A stretch of DNA of 64,000 nucleotides, taken from contig CM060731.1 in NCBI GenBank assembly GCA_030704615.1, positions 33,294,001 to 33,358,000 on the forward strand, in the 5' to 3' direction. Numbering within the stretch: the first letter of the stretch is position 1; each line of letters begins with the position of its first letter. The DNA is from Takakia lepidozioides (Eukaryota > Plantae > Bryophyta). Both the position numbers and the translations under genes were made by a program. Below are positions 49,889 through 63,926 of this stretch, piece by piece. Below the pieces are notes generated by a model, which was not told the DNA's origin, did not search any database, and saw nothing but the letters and a program-made list of their open reading frames with translations.

Positions 49889-50990
49889 TTGGTGGACGAC
49901 CTTTGAAAGAAGAAGAAAAGGCGAAGACGAACAACCGTCATGCAGGTTGTTCTTAGGAAGTTCCTTGGATTCGAAGCAATCGTGTGTGGACAAAGGGAAA
50001 GGGCATGCGAGCCATGGAAGCTGCAGGGACATGCACAGGAAGAGAGAAGGACGAGCGGGAACGGGTAGCGGGCCGGGTGATCGTTGGGAGGCGGGGCGGC
50101 CAGGCATGCCCCGGAAGGCGCAAGGGGCCCGGTCGACGGGGGGCCCGCGGAAGCGGCGGTCGACCCGGCAGCATGGGACTACACACAAGACACTGGTATT
50201 GGCAGCACACATCTTTGCCATAGCCGAGGAGGCGTATCCGAGGGATTTGGAGGCTGCATGCAGAGCCTGGTGGACACTGTGGATGGTGAGCAATTGAAGG
50301 CGGTGAGATTTGCGTTTTTGGAGGAATTTGTAGCAATTTGGAGGTATTGGATTCAGACATCTCGTTTTTTTTACCCCAGTGGCAGTTTTGGCGGACGATC
50401 TGCGTGGTTTGATCATCAATCGGGGGCCAAGACCATGAATGTTGATTTAGGGTTTCCAGTTTCCGTGTTTATATCCCCGATTTTCGTGCTCGGTGAAGAA
50501 TCTTAAGCTGCAGCACTCGTTTGGGCTATTTCCATGTGTACCCTTCACCCTTCATCTTGTTTGTGATCGTTATCAAGCTCCCGGTTCTGCGTGCGGTTTC
50601 CTCCTTTCCTTTTTGACTCCAGCAACGTGTAGAATATATAGGCATGTAAGACGGGACAGACAAAATTGGGAAATTCGCCATTTTTTGGGCAAAGAGGGAG
50701 AGAGCCTTTCCCACAGAGTCGAGAAGTGGATTTTCGGCATCGGGGCTGATAGTTTTAGTGTAATCAAGCTGCCCTTGCAGTCATCTCCACCCCTTGCAGC
50801 GGCAGAGATTTCAGAGAGCGGAAGCTAGATCCATTTCGACTGTGGAATGCAACCTATGGGAATCGTGTGCTCAAGAGAGTTGGATGCGAGGCCTAGTGTG
50901 CTGCGAGCTGCTGCACAAGTGCGCCCAAGGGGCACAGAGCATTGAGGTGGTGCAGAGAAGGACCGGGAAAGCGTGCCAGGAGTGGCAGTC

Positions 50991-53900
50991 ATGCGGCACT
51001 CTGTGGAGGTTTCCCACACTCGTTCCAAGGGAAAAAAGCATGGCCAAACTGGCACGGTCAGCCTATTGGCCGCACTGTTGAGGTCTGTCTACCCGGACTT
51101 TTTTCCTAATCCATCTCCTATACATAATGTCAACTGTTTCCGGATGTCACCTGCCTTCCTTCCTCGCAATGCAGTCTGTAGTGCTGTGGGGGTCGTCTAC
51201 TGGGCTTCCCCTGTCTCCATACAGGTGTAAAGTGTCTTTCACAGTCCAATCAACCATGCTATCCCTCCACTTGAATAATTTAGACTTGCATGAAGGTGTT
51301 TTAATACATGAAAAGGTCATACAAAGCAGCGTTGGCTAGATCTGTTTCCTGTCTTGTACTAGGAGGTGGATTGACATTAGGCTTTTCTGGCTGAAATGAC
51401 GCATTCCATCTGAAGAAGAGCTCAGCGACATGACTGAATTTGAAGGTTGCAAATTCATGCAACAGTTACATCCACTCACAGTTGGATAGGTTGTGATTGT
51501 GATAATTTGTGTTATTCACATTTCTCCTAGTTTCTACACTTGTACTCTGCAGAATTCTGTGAACTGTGAGTCTAGTTGCAGGACATGTTACTCCATGCCA
51601 TTGAAGGGTGCGTTCAGGAGGAATCGTGACCCTACTGATAAAACCATTTGGAAATGGATATCTGGTAGGGTTGATTGGTTGTCCTACTTGGAATCCTTCG
51701 CAGTTTGCTAGACTCAGTGGTAAAATCACTCCTTGCACTCCTCCTCCTGTCTTTCCCACATGCGTGTGCACACATATCTGAGCCTATCATGAGCATGGTA
51801 GATGGGACACTTCTGTGTCTTTGTTCCATCTTCTGCCATGATAAGAAGATTCAAGACACACCAGCAGCAGAATCGATGGAGTAGACTACCAATACAACCT
51901 CAATACATGTGGCCTGGTTATCTCATCTGACAGTACATTTCCCTCTGCATCTCAGTCCTGCTTCATGCCCAGTCTTCTGCTATTCAACAATTTTTTGAAC
52001 TGTCAAGGTTTAACACTTTTGAGCTACTGTTGAAAGATAACTGAAGAGAGTAATTCGATTATTTTGGTATGTTGTCCTGCTAGTAGACAAGGTAGAGAAA
52101 CCTAGGTGATCATTAGTAATCACAATATGTGAAACCATTGGTTACTTTTTCTGCATCTGAGAATGAGAGCATATAGTCCTTTTGGTTCATTCTCCCAGTA
52201 GTCTAGTCAACTGCTGCTGCTGGAGTTGCATTTTTTGGTCATGATTGTCGAAAAACGTGAAAGGCATCATGTGAATGAAGCAGAAAGCTTTGCTTCAGGC
52301 TAGAGCCATGACATGGGATGTGTCACGATCTAGTCAACTTACCTGAGATTTTTGCTGGTGCTTGCATTTCTTTTGCCTCCGTGTTTTGCCTTTTGGGGTT
52401 GTTTGCTACTTGGTGTGGGGCCTGCAGAGGTTGTCACGTACTGCCGGTTGGTTGGTCTCCGTTTCTGTGACAACCACTCCTACTTCATAGCTATTGCAGA
52501 TGTGATAACGCTAAAGCAACCAATAATTGATATTTGGACAAGCCTGGTCATGAGATAGTAATGGTAGGTTTGACACAATGTTACATTAATTGCTGATCTT
52601 CTAAGAGAGTCCCCTGAAATTGACTAACCTGTACAATTCCTAACTCTTCCTCTGTCTGGGCAACAGGCGATTATATGCGAGCCACAGTATTTCAAAAGAG
52701 GACGTAGCACAGCTATACCATTTTGACAAGCAGGCATGTCAGGGTTGTCGTGTGAATTCTAAGGACTCCCCCAACTGTTTTTGCGGATTGGTGCCCCCCC
52801 TCAATGGCATCCGCAAGCAGGGCCTCTGGCAGAAGGTAGCTGACATTCTTAGTGAGCTTGGGCCTGACCCCGGGGAGGAGCTACGTCCATCACAGGAATC
52901 CCCGTCAGGGCTGACCAACCTTGGGGCCACTTGCTATGTGAACAGTGTTTTGCAATGCCTATACATGACCAGGTAGTCATCATTGGAGTTCCCTGATTTT
53001 TTAATGATTTCGTCATGCAGTACCTTCGACAAGTCTGAAGTATGCTTGTGAAATAGTTCGAGGTGTTTGGTGGCTAAGCAGTTCTTCCCAAGTTGAATTG
53101 TGGGTGTCCCACACCAGATTAACTTTCTTCACAAAAACAAACCACCGGAGGATTGGGAGGTGAAGTGTAGCTAATAAATTCAAGGAGCAAGAGGGGAGGA
53201 AACTAAGTAGAGAGATTTTCGTTGTCACTGATTACATCATAAGAGAATGAAATGACATGATACTTGTTTTTATGTCCATGGGATGACCAAATGATCAGAG
53301 TGATAACAAAGAATCACAGAAACCAAAGTACAGGTAGAGAGGGACGTTGCCTAAGAATAAGTGAGCTGGTGAGCAGGGAATTCCGCACAGGTGTATTTGC
53401 TGCAGAGGCTGACCTGGTGGAAAGGCAGCCAGTTCTTCACCAGCTGGGCCGCCTGTTTGCACAGCTGCATTCAGGGAAGAAGATAGCTGTTGATTCAGCA
53501 CCCTTTGCCAACACATTGGAGCTGGACAATGCAGTGCAGCAGGATGGTCAGGAATTTCTAAAGCTTTTGCTTACACTGCTTGAGAGGGTGCTGGGGATGT
53601 CCCAGAACCAGCAGGCGCGCAATGTTGTACAGAATGTGTTTCGTGGGACATTTTCCTATGTCACCAAGTGAGTGTTCATCCCATGCTGTTTATCTTTCAA
53701 ATTTAAATGGTAAGAATGGGAAGATCAATATGGTTTTAAGGGAAAGAAAGACTTGTTCATGCTGAGGCCTCATCATATGATGAGAACACTATAGTTGGCT
53801 AGTAACCCTAATATGGTTACGGATGGAACCATAAGCTCTCCCTAGAGCTTAAAAGATAATGTAACACCATGAGCATGATGTTTCAAGTGTTTCCAGAAAT

Positions 53901-56900
53901 AGTTCAATCTGCTGTTTTAGAAAAGTTAGTCACAAGCTTTTGCTTAAGATCGAGTGTAATCATACAGTGGGCGGTGTGGGTTCTCTGTGAAGGTGCTCAA
54001 AGTGCGGGCAAGAGTCAGATGCATCCAGGGAGGCTGTTGACTTCTATGAGCTGGAGTTGAATGTGAAAGGGTTCACCAGCCTTGAGGAGAGTTTGAATGA
54101 CTATTTATGTGAGGAGAAGTTGCAGGGTGAAAACCAGTATTTGTGTGAGAGCTGCCAAATGCGTGTTGATGCCACCCACAGCACCAAGTTGCGCTCCCTT
54201 CCTCCTGTTTTGAACTTTCAGCTCAAGCGTTTTGTATTCAATACAAAGGTTAGACAGGGTGCTATCCCCAACTTTTTTAAGCTTCCCTTTTGCGAGAAAT
54301 CATATTTGTATCTTGGAAAGAAAGGAAGTAGGAAAGAACTTTACAATGTCCACGGGGGGTCCAGTCCATGAGGGAAGGACAGGTCCTTGGGACATATACA
54401 AAGTTCCAAATAAGTAAAAGAAAGATGAAACTCTATAATGTCCACAGAAGCCATCAGGACCCATTAGAACTACTTTCAGAATACATTGAAAGCAGAAGAA
54501 ATCAAATGAAATGGTACTTCATACTTGAAAGAAATGAAATGAAATGAAATGGTGGTGCTTTATAATGTCCGCAGAAAGCTCATAGAGCTTATGGGACAAA
54601 ATGGAAGAAAACATGAGAGAGGAAACAAAACCAAAGCCAAGAATAAGAACTATTGTTCGAGCGATTGTCTAAGGGTGAAGGCCTCGTGCAGGTAAGCTGC
54701 CAAGCATTTCTGATCCTCATAGTGGAAGACTTCAGTGAGAGATTGGGTTCCACGGAATAAACAGTGGAATCTCCCACGGATCTCGTAGTATAGAGGGCAA
54801 CAGAGGAAGTGCTCCAGTTTCAGTTTCCCGGCTGCGCCCTGTGCAAGCTGGACATAGGCAGTCCTCCCGTTGCAGGTTTTCCCATCTGCCAGTGTCTATC
54901 CGTAGGTTGTGGGAATCCACCCTGAAACCGCCCCAATGCCCTCAGGAGGGAAGGAGATAAAGATGCCGAAAGGTAATTGGGCCTAAAGATTCTATCATCT
55001 CGGAGCACCAAGAATGTCTCTCGATAAAAGTGGAGCTTTGTCGTGAGATTGGGTAGCTTCCAAGTTCTCTTGACTTGTAGTTCCATAAGAAATGAAATGA
55101 AATGAAATGGTGCTTTATAACGTCCGCGGAAAGCTCGTAGAGCTTATGGGACAAAATGGAAGAAAACATGAGAGAGGAACAAATCCAGAAACCACAATTA
55201 ATGTTCTAGCGATTGTCTAAGGGTGAAGGCCTCGTGTAGGTAGGCTGCCAAGCATTTTTGATCCTCATAGTGAAAGACATCAGTGAGAGTTTGGGTTCCA
55301 CTGAATAAACAGTGGAATCTCCCACGGATCTCGTAGTATAGAGGGCAGTAGAAGAAGAAGTGTTCTTCAGTTTCAATTTCCTTGCTGCGCCCTATGCAAG
55401 CTGGACATAGGCGGTCCTCCCGTTGCAGGTTTTCCCATCTGCCAGTCTCTATCCGTAGGACGCTCTCTTCAAATCTATTAAGGGAATTGTGCCTGTACCC
55501 CTGTTTACCAACTTTGAAAGTCTCGAGGCTGAGCCAAAAGCCCAGGCCCTCCTGAGGCCTAGTTTTTGGGCAAATCACACACAGCAGATTGATGCTTGTG
55601 TGAAGGGATTTCTAGAGGATATCTGGAAAACCCGGATTAATTCTTTATATGGAGGTAAGTCTTACTACCAACGTCAGCCCCTGACAGAGGTAGGTTCTGT
55701 CCCTTTTGTTCCCGCTCAAACTGGGCGCGGGGTCAATGGCCACAAGGCTACGGCAAACAACGTCTTATGAGTACAATCTATCCGTAGGTTGTGGGAACCC
55801 ACCCTGAACCGCCCCAATGCCCTCAAGAGGGAAGGAGATAAGGGTGCTGAAAGGTAATTTGGTCTCAAGATTCTATCATCGCGGAGCACCAAGAATGTCT
55901 CTCGATAGAAGTGGAGCTTTGTTGTGACATTGGGTAGCATCCAAGTTCTCTTGACATGTAATTCCATAAGCTCTCTCCGAATGAGTCTGTTGCGGTCATG
56001 TCTGGATGTGATGTCCACCTCATCTGGGTTCATTGGTAATAGGAAAGCAGTAGAAAGTCCGTTACGTTGAAATAAACTGTCCACTCGAGCATACCAGGAG
56101 TTCCTGAAACCTGCAGCTTTGAGCCTCATAGATGTTGTGAGGGCCCTAGCCACTAGCCCTTTGGGTGGAAGGGCCTGCAATCTATGGAGAAAGAGAAGAA
56201 ATGAAATGAACTGGTACTTAAAAGAAAGAAAGAAATGTCCGTGGGAATATTCAAGATCTTTTGGGGCAAACGAAAATAGGAGACAAAATGGAAAAGGATA
56301 CTGGGACCGCAAACACCATTCGCCACAAGAAACTACAACCCAACTTCAAGAGGTTCTCAAAATTGGAGAGCCAAGTGTAGACATGCCTCAAGACATCTTT
56401 GATCCTGTCAGGGATTGGTTGTCTGTAACTAGTCAAACATAGGGGCTGCAAATGTACTTGAAAGAGTGAGAGCATGATCTCATGGCTGAAAACTGTGGGG
56501 TTTTATTGCAGACATCTACAAAGAAGAAAGTGACATCTAAATTCAGTTTCCCTAAGACAATTGACATGGGGCCTCGATTAAGTGCACCGCCAGCATTGTG
56601 TGGGGGTCAGAACATGGCTGTCTACGACCTGTCTGCAATTTTGATACACAGGGGAACTCTGGTCAATAGTGGTCACTATGTGGCACACATCAAAGATGAC
56701 CAGACAGGAGAATGGTGGCAATTTGATGATGAACAAGTTATGAGCCTTGGGTTCCATGCCCTTGGAGAGCACTCCCAGGCGGGCCCAGTGACTAAAGATG
56801 CAGCTTTGCGGGAAGGTGAGGCAGGCCCGTCACCACTTAAAAAGGATCGCCTGAGGGATAGATGCTGTCAGTATCATGAATGTGATGAATTTACTGCCAA

Positions 56901-59900
56901 TGACTATGCTGGCACTTTCTGTGCTGTTTGTGGATTTGAATGCTGCTAACAAGTTGAACAATAAAAACATGGAAATGCTTTCAGACATATTTGACATATC
57001 TTATGCATGGTCCTTCTGAAGAACTAGAGATGTGAAAGCCTTAATGCAAAATTTGGTCTGGGAGGCTGGGAGAGGAATAGAGAGAGCTACAATGCAACAT
57101 AACAATCTGAATAGTATCTTGGGGCCTAATTTATAGGTGAAACAATCCTGTTGGATGTGAGAGGAGATGGAGCCATCGACAATCAAACTGCACAACCATG
57201 TGTGCATGAACCATCGTTGTCAGCTGAGGTGTCACCTAAGCCGTCACCGGTGATGTCAGCTAGTCATGAAGGCGATGTGCTGACATCAGCAGACGCCTAC
57301 ATGTTGATGTACAGTCGCAGGACAGAACCAGAGCTATGGGGCCACACAAATTCGGGCACTTGTTCATCGGCAGGTTTGGTTGAGCCTGTGACTATGGAGG
57401 TTGATGAGGAACCCAGGGCCTATGGTTACAATTGTTCATTGCCGGAGCAATTGCATGTGGAGGTTGACGAGATGAACCAGGAGTTTGAGGCTTTGTGTTC
57501 TGAGTACACACGCCGGCGGGCGGAAGAGCTGAGTAAGATTGCGGACCGTAAGAAAGAAGTGAGGGGTATCCTAGGGCAGGCTCCTGTGAAATCAGTGGAC
57601 GACCCGTTTTTCTGGATCTCCACTGAATGGCTCCGACTATGGGCTGACAACTTGAGACCTCCGTGAGATCCCTCTCCTCATGCTCTATCCGTTTGCATCA
57701 CATGTCTGACAGATTTCTACTGTGGATTTCGTTGAAAGTTTTGGTTTGTTCTTGCAAGGAAATTTTGCTTGCCTGGCTACATTGAATACTTGACTGGTGG
57801 GATGCAGCCCTCCTATTGATAATACACATCTGGTGTGCCATCATCAGAAAGTTCCCCCCAGGAAGGTACAACACATGAAGCGTATCTCTTCCAAAGCTTG
57901 GAAGCAGCTGGTGGCCTTGGTTAGCTGTCTTTGCCTTTGCATCTCAACACCTTCTATGTCCCTTTGGGGCTTCTGTATGCAAGGGAATCAGATAAAATCT
58001 GATCTTTATGAATTACTAGAATAGTAGAATGGTTCTATGATCTTGCGCACAAGGAGAGCATGTTAGTTTACTGAGTTTGACCTTCCTAGTCGTTTTGGTA
58101 GCCACAATGAACACAGTGCAACGTCCTCCATATACAGGTATTTCCTCTCATAGTACTTTGAGGTGCCTCACTTCCGCACTGGTGTTTGTTTTGCTCCTAT
58201 ATGTGCTTGCAGTTGTGCTGCTTGTTGTAATTAAGAGGCAATTTCTCCCTTCGTATTTCTTGTGCAAGTCCTGAGTTTTCTTTCTGTCATCTGTGAATCT
58301 TCAGTACAAGGGAGGGCCGGAGCTATCTGAAAGTGACTATTGCATCGAGTGTATCTTCGAGGACGCCAAGGCAGCAGCATCTGCTGACAGTTACCGTGAT
58401 CAGAGAGCTTGTATGCGGGAGGTGGTTGAGGATGTGTTTGCTGGCCATGGCCTAGAAGGCAAACTTTTTAACGTTTCTAGAACGTGGTGGGTGTTTAAAC
58501 CTTGATCCTTGTATAATCTTACAATGCAAGAAAAAATTCGATGGTGATGTGAATTTTGAAGTGCAGCTAAGCCAGATATACAGGAAAGAGATGCAAGAGA
58601 TGCGTCCAGTCAGGGAAAGATGGAGGGAAAGGGAGAGCCCGGAAGGAGAGAACGAGATTAGATGCACTCGTCTTGCTGTTGGCTTCACGGTCACTTAGTG
58701 CCAGAAACAGACTCACTCACGACCCTAAACGGATGCAGGTTGTTGCAATGGGTTCGGCGGAAGGTGACAGATGCCCCTTCAGATGCTGATGCCGGCCCAA
58801 CAGCGGCTCTACAGTGTCCCCATGGGGCCCTGCTACCAGAGCAGGCGACAGGTGCCAAGCGGCAGCTAGTGCCACAGCGTGTATGGGACTACTTCGTCCA
58901 GAATGCAGTGCAGATTGCAAGCATTGATCGTAGGGGACATCAGCCCTTTCCAGGAGATTTGGATACATGTGCTCAATGCCAGGCAGAGATGAACAAAGCA
59001 GCTTCCAAGAAAGAAGGCCTGAGGTGAACCTGCCCTCTTTTGTATGGGTTTAGTTAACATTGAGGTGGGTCTCTTTTGATCTCCATTGTCGCTCATCAAC
59101 AAAACTCAGAGAAAATGGTCAAGAACTGATCTTGTACTTTCTTCTAACCTTTCAAGCTGTTTGTTGTTCCTACCTTTCTGAACCGATGTAGTCTTGATGG
59201 GGTGGTGGGTTCTACCAGGGCAACCAAGATTGAGCAACGGGCAAAACATGAAGCTCTCTATAGTGGCAAGCAAGTGGTGATTCATTCAGGGTCGACATAT
59301 TACTTGGTGCCATCAGTTTGGCTCTCCAAGTGGCGCACATATCTGGGAGCAAGTGGCAAGAATGTGCTGGCGGTGGATGAACCTGTTGGACTTGAAGGGT
59401 TCATCTTGTCCCTTCTCTGTCAGAAGGTGAACCATTGTCATGTGGGCCTGTTGGCTTTTGTCCTTTGATGATCAGTATGCAGAGCTGTCAGCTGGGTTTC
59501 TTCCGTAAGTAGACACTATCAGCTGGTCCAAACTAGTTGGGTAATTTCCTTGTGTGTCAAAAGTACATTTTTGTAGTTGATCTGCATAAGGATCTAACAC
59601 AGGCTTTACCTGTCAATTCTTCAGCATGAAGGGATGCTCTTCAAACCTCCGGCTTTGTTGAGAACACGACGGGGTGATCTTGTTCAAAGGAATTCCAGCG
59701 TAAGTGGCCAACCCTCCTGTGAGAGGTGGCTCTTTGTGTGTGAAAATTGTTCTGGGCTACGTGACTCTCTTTTGGCAAGGCTTGTTTAAAATCTATAACC
59801 CTCTTGGCATTGTCTCGTGTTGCTTCAACACTGCTGTGTATGTCCCAAGTGCCACCTGTCGTTGTACCTTCCCCTGCATACAGTGTTCTTGATCTTGGTT

Positions 59901-62900
59901 CCACATGCTCAGGGACCCCATTTCATAATTGAAAGCATGTGATTGGAATTTGCCATGTGTGCTTCACACAGAATAATGTCAATAGTGTTGTAGTGGGGTT
60001 AGGAATGCTCCTTGATGCAGTTGAGACCCTTTTTTCGTTCAGTAGATATCAAAGAGAAGGCCAAGAACCAGTGCAAATGTCCATGCAATCAACAAATTAC
60101 ATGTGGCTTGCCTCTTGACATGTGCAATAACCATCAACAAGTCAGCTATGCAGCTTGAGCTGGCAGCCAGTGTCTTGAAGATACATCATGGTGTTTGTGC
60201 TAGCCTGGAGCCTACTGACTGATATGTGAATATCAGTATGCTGAAGGAATGTATGACAATTTAACAGAACAGTGGGGCTTGTGCAGGAAGATGTCTTCAC
60301 AATTGTCACAGAAGAAGACTGGCAGAGCCTGTGTCAACAGTGGGACATGGACCTCAAAAAGGGGATTCAAGCTGTTGTGGAGCCATGCAGCCCTGAACTG
60401 GAGAGCAGTAAAGGTATCACTATTAGAGATGAAGGGGAGGCAGTGCCGCTCTGTGAAGAAACCAGCGCAAGCAATACCTGTAATGGAGACATGGCTGGTT
60501 CGCGAGAGATATCTTCCACAATTGCAACGGACATTGGGACTCCTCCTGACGATGGGAATTGTAAAGCTGAAAGTGTCCCTGCTTTGCGGACTCATCCAGA
60601 GGTGAGTTATTGTAGGATAGAAATGGATCAATGGGTGTTGGATAGAATGACCAATCTTATATCGCATTTCATCAGTGTGAAATACAGAACAATCTCAGTG
60701 TTGATTTGAGGAGGTTGTGACAACTGTGTTATAACTACCAAATGGAAGTATACTAATGCCAATAAATTTCCATGACGAATTTGCATTCGTCAGGAAATAA
60801 AATGCTTGAAACCTCTGCTGGTAGTAAGACTAATTTGAACCTATGCTATGGTAGCGAGACCAATCCTTTCTTGGGTGATTCAGTGGTAATGGATAGCCCA
60901 GTTGGATAGTGGGTATAAATGTCTCCCAGGTGATCCTGGTTCCAAATCCTGGCACAGTGGCTCTCACACATCACAATGTCATCCTGTAAAAAAGCTCAAC
61001 AATCCAGGCCCATGTGCTCTGCACTCGCAGAAAACTGCCGGTGAGGTCTTGCCCTCTTACAGCCTGGTTTGGTCAGTTGTGGTCCATCACGGGACTCGAC
61101 GTCCAGCCTTATGGCTCATAAATGAAAGGGGGCTATTTTCCTCCCCTCTTCAAGACCATTCATGGTCAGTTTTCACTCACAAAGAAAATAAACAAGCGTG
61201 AGACACTTGAGTTACTGACATCTTCATCCAATTTTGTTTGCAGGTGTGTAAAGAGTGTATAGAAGAGCGTGAGACACTTGAGTTACTGACCAGACTGCAA
61301 TATACAAATGGAGAGATTACAGTTGATCTTGTGAGGGGTAAGGGACCCCCACCTTCGCTGCTAGTGGCTTCATCCGGGCTTGAGGCTGAACGACGAACCT
61401 CAAAGCGACCTCGGCGGGCGTCAGCCACTTCTGGCGGTCGGATATCTCTAAATGTCTCAGGCGACACCACAGTCTTCCAGCTGAAGCTTCTTATTTGGGA
61501 GTCCCTTGCTGTAGGTTTTGCAATCTTCTTTGGTTAAGTTTGGTTGGGATGATCTTCCTGGAAGTTTGTGTGAAATGGTTAGGCAAGGTGGTGTATTCAG
61601 ACAGCTTCTAAGCAACAGTGTTCATGGTCAGGACAACTGTTTGAGGTTTCCCTTGACTATGCTGGTAATCTGGAGCTTTGGATGGGTAGAGCATGATGGG
61701 TGATTTTTTAACCCAGGCCTTAACTGTGGCATGTTTGCTTCTGAAGTCTCCCCGATTCTCTTTGCTATGTGGATTTCTTTTCTTTTGAGTCCAATTGTAA
61801 AGGCAAACAACTGACTATTGTTCAGTGGAGCAAGGTCTGTATGGAGTGTCCAGTCTTTTTTTGGCTGTGGCCTGTCTGAGAGTGCACCTGTAATGCTGTG
61901 CAGGTTGTAAAGGAGAACCAGAGAGTGCACTTTGGCAAGGTCGAACTTGTGGATGAAAGCGCTACTTTGGCTGATTTGAATATACTCCCTGGAGCTCACT
62001 TGTGGGTCATGGACACAGGGCAACATGAAAACCGCGACATTGCTGGTACACATTGCGTGGTTGCTTTCATAGGTGGTTGCTATCATAGATCTCTACATCC
62101 AAATATGATCCAAAACTAATTATCTGCCTATGCTCAGACGATTCTGTTCTCTTCGTACAGGGGAAGCCTAATTAAGAAAACCTGTCTTGACGTTTTAGTG
62201 CTTTAGGTGTGAGAGTTGTCAGCGTTTGGTGTGAGAGGCAGGTATGGGGTCGGTTGACTGGGATCTTTTTGGCTAGTGTTTTTACAAATTTCTTACTCAG
62301 CCAGTAGGATTGGCATGTGCCTCAAAGTGGACTGTCTCAACTAAGAATCACACATTAGAGTAAGATGCTTTCCTCCATATTAGGACATCTGCCCAGCACC
62401 CACTCATTCGCATTCGGCAGATGAGTGCACATGGTCAGCTATCAAAGGAGAGACTCATCTGAATTTAAACTCCTACCTGCAACTATATTCACAGACATTT
62501 GAGCTATGCCAGATTTCCTGCAAACCTGGGCGTGTATTTCTGGTCCAAAAATATCTCTGCTGGCAGTTTTGAAATGGGTGCTGTCACTTTTGTGTTGATG
62601 AAATTTGGCGTGTGTGCAGAGGAACTGCCAGCAGAGGACACTGGGCGTGTGGAGACAGAAGAAGGGTTTCGAGGAACAAGGCTACTCATGGGGCTTCCGA
62701 GCCTCGTGGAATCCCTGGCAACACATGCCGTACAGAGTGGGATTGTTCCTCCCAACCCCACTTTTAGCAATGGGACAGTACCCAGATATCCCTGTCCTTC
62801 AGCAGGGGAACACACTGTGGACCCGGAAACATTCAAGGTACTTCCCTCAATGCAGCAGGTCACAGAGGCTGCCCTGCCTGATCTGCGCAGTGAGGAAGAT

Positions 62901-63926
62901 CAAGTTGCAGAAGAGAAAGACAGCACTTCTGCTGAAGCCAGTGGTATGATGTGCCTTTGTTTCCCTAACAGCAGGATCCCAAGTGGTCTGCTGGCCGAGC
63001 AGGGGCCTGAATTATCCGTTGTTGAGGAGCCGGCAAGTGTGCAGCAAGTACAGGATGTTGATATGGGGAGTGTGAAAGGGGAAGAAGGTAAGATGTCCCA
63101 CGGGGCAAGTTGACGAATTTCTCATCATCAAAATTCCAAGACAGCTGGCTGCTACTTTGGTCTTCAAATTTTTCAAAATTGTTTGGTGAAAATTGGAACC
63201 AGGTAAGGTTAGTAAATGTTATGTTGACAGATGTCAAGGCCATTTCTTATTTGGAGTTCATAGAGACAATTTTGCCAAGACAGACAGAGACACACTCATG
63301 TTAAAAGGGTGAGAGGTAGAGAGGTGCAGCTCCTTGTCAGAACTGCGAGCTCTATTCTTACATAATCCTATATGGTTTATAGGTGGTTAGTGGAGCTGTG
63401 TAAAAATGTAGCTTTGTCACTGTGTCCAGGGGGGCCTTAATTCTGTTATTTTCCACATGCAGGGGACAGTGACCAGGACATGCTTGCGTCTGAATCCTTG
63501 ACAGGTCTGCCTGGTCTCATGGAGTTGCCTTCTGTTCACGCAGTTTCATGCAGAGCAGCCCCTCCAGGTATCAGCTCTCATAATGGTAATGAAACCAAGG
63601 TGGTTATTGAAGAAGCTCAAGGAGTATCCGTTACAATGTCCAGCTCATCTACCAAGGAAGTCCAGGATACAGAAACACATACCTGTACTGAGCCAGCTGA
63701 GACAAATTTGACACACGAAGCAGACATGGAGATTGATAGGAGAGTGGAGTTGGAGGAAATAGAAGTTGATTCCCTGTCACGGTTGCGGCATTTGTATGAT
63801 GTTGACATGGAGCAAGGCTTAGATGGTATGTCTGGGGAGCCAAGAATCAAGGAGGAATCGAAGAGGAACACATACCAATTGGGAGCTCAACCCTGGCCTA
63901 CGACATTTAGTGAAGGAATTCCTTAG
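50991..63926 (+). CDS. UBP26: Ubiquitin carboxyl-terminal hydrolase 26 (USP48 ortholog): USP domain, DUSP domains, C-terminal UBL; about 16 exons
   Basis: [21 protein letters not shown], Cys box [16 protein letters not shown] (52667-52972), [15 protein letters not shown], His box [23 protein letters not shown] (56511-56815), [36 protein letters not shown] and EEGFRGT. First exon 50991-51082, last exons 62620-63088 and 63463-63926. Confidence 0.95.
54340..56270 (-). mobile_element. Nest of RTEX-like LINE family B 3' fragments and tails in a UBP26 intron
   Basis: Minus-strand translation [11 protein letters not shown](E/D)[34 protein letters not shown] (RTEX-type C-terminal knuckle). Copies at 54530-55085 and 55086-56180 with (CATTT)n tails; extra tail modules at 54340-54475 and 56190-56270. 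Confidence 0.9.
55459..55777 (+). mobile_element. 5'-truncated LINE family A copy inserted into family B with a 12-bp TSD
   Basis: Almost identical to 20548-20866; TCTATCCGTAGG on both sides. Confidence 0.92.
60885..61194 (+). mobile_element. Degenerate tRNA-derived SINE in a UBP26 intron
   Basis: A box TAGCCCAGTTGG (~60894), B-box-like GGTTCCAAATCC (~60938) and an A-rich tail ACAAAGAAAATAAACAA. Confidence 0.5.

Noticed and set aside
49709-50506. ORFs of 135-236 aa on both strands
   Set aside because: They span the GC-rich promoter island and a microsatellite; no recognisable motifs.
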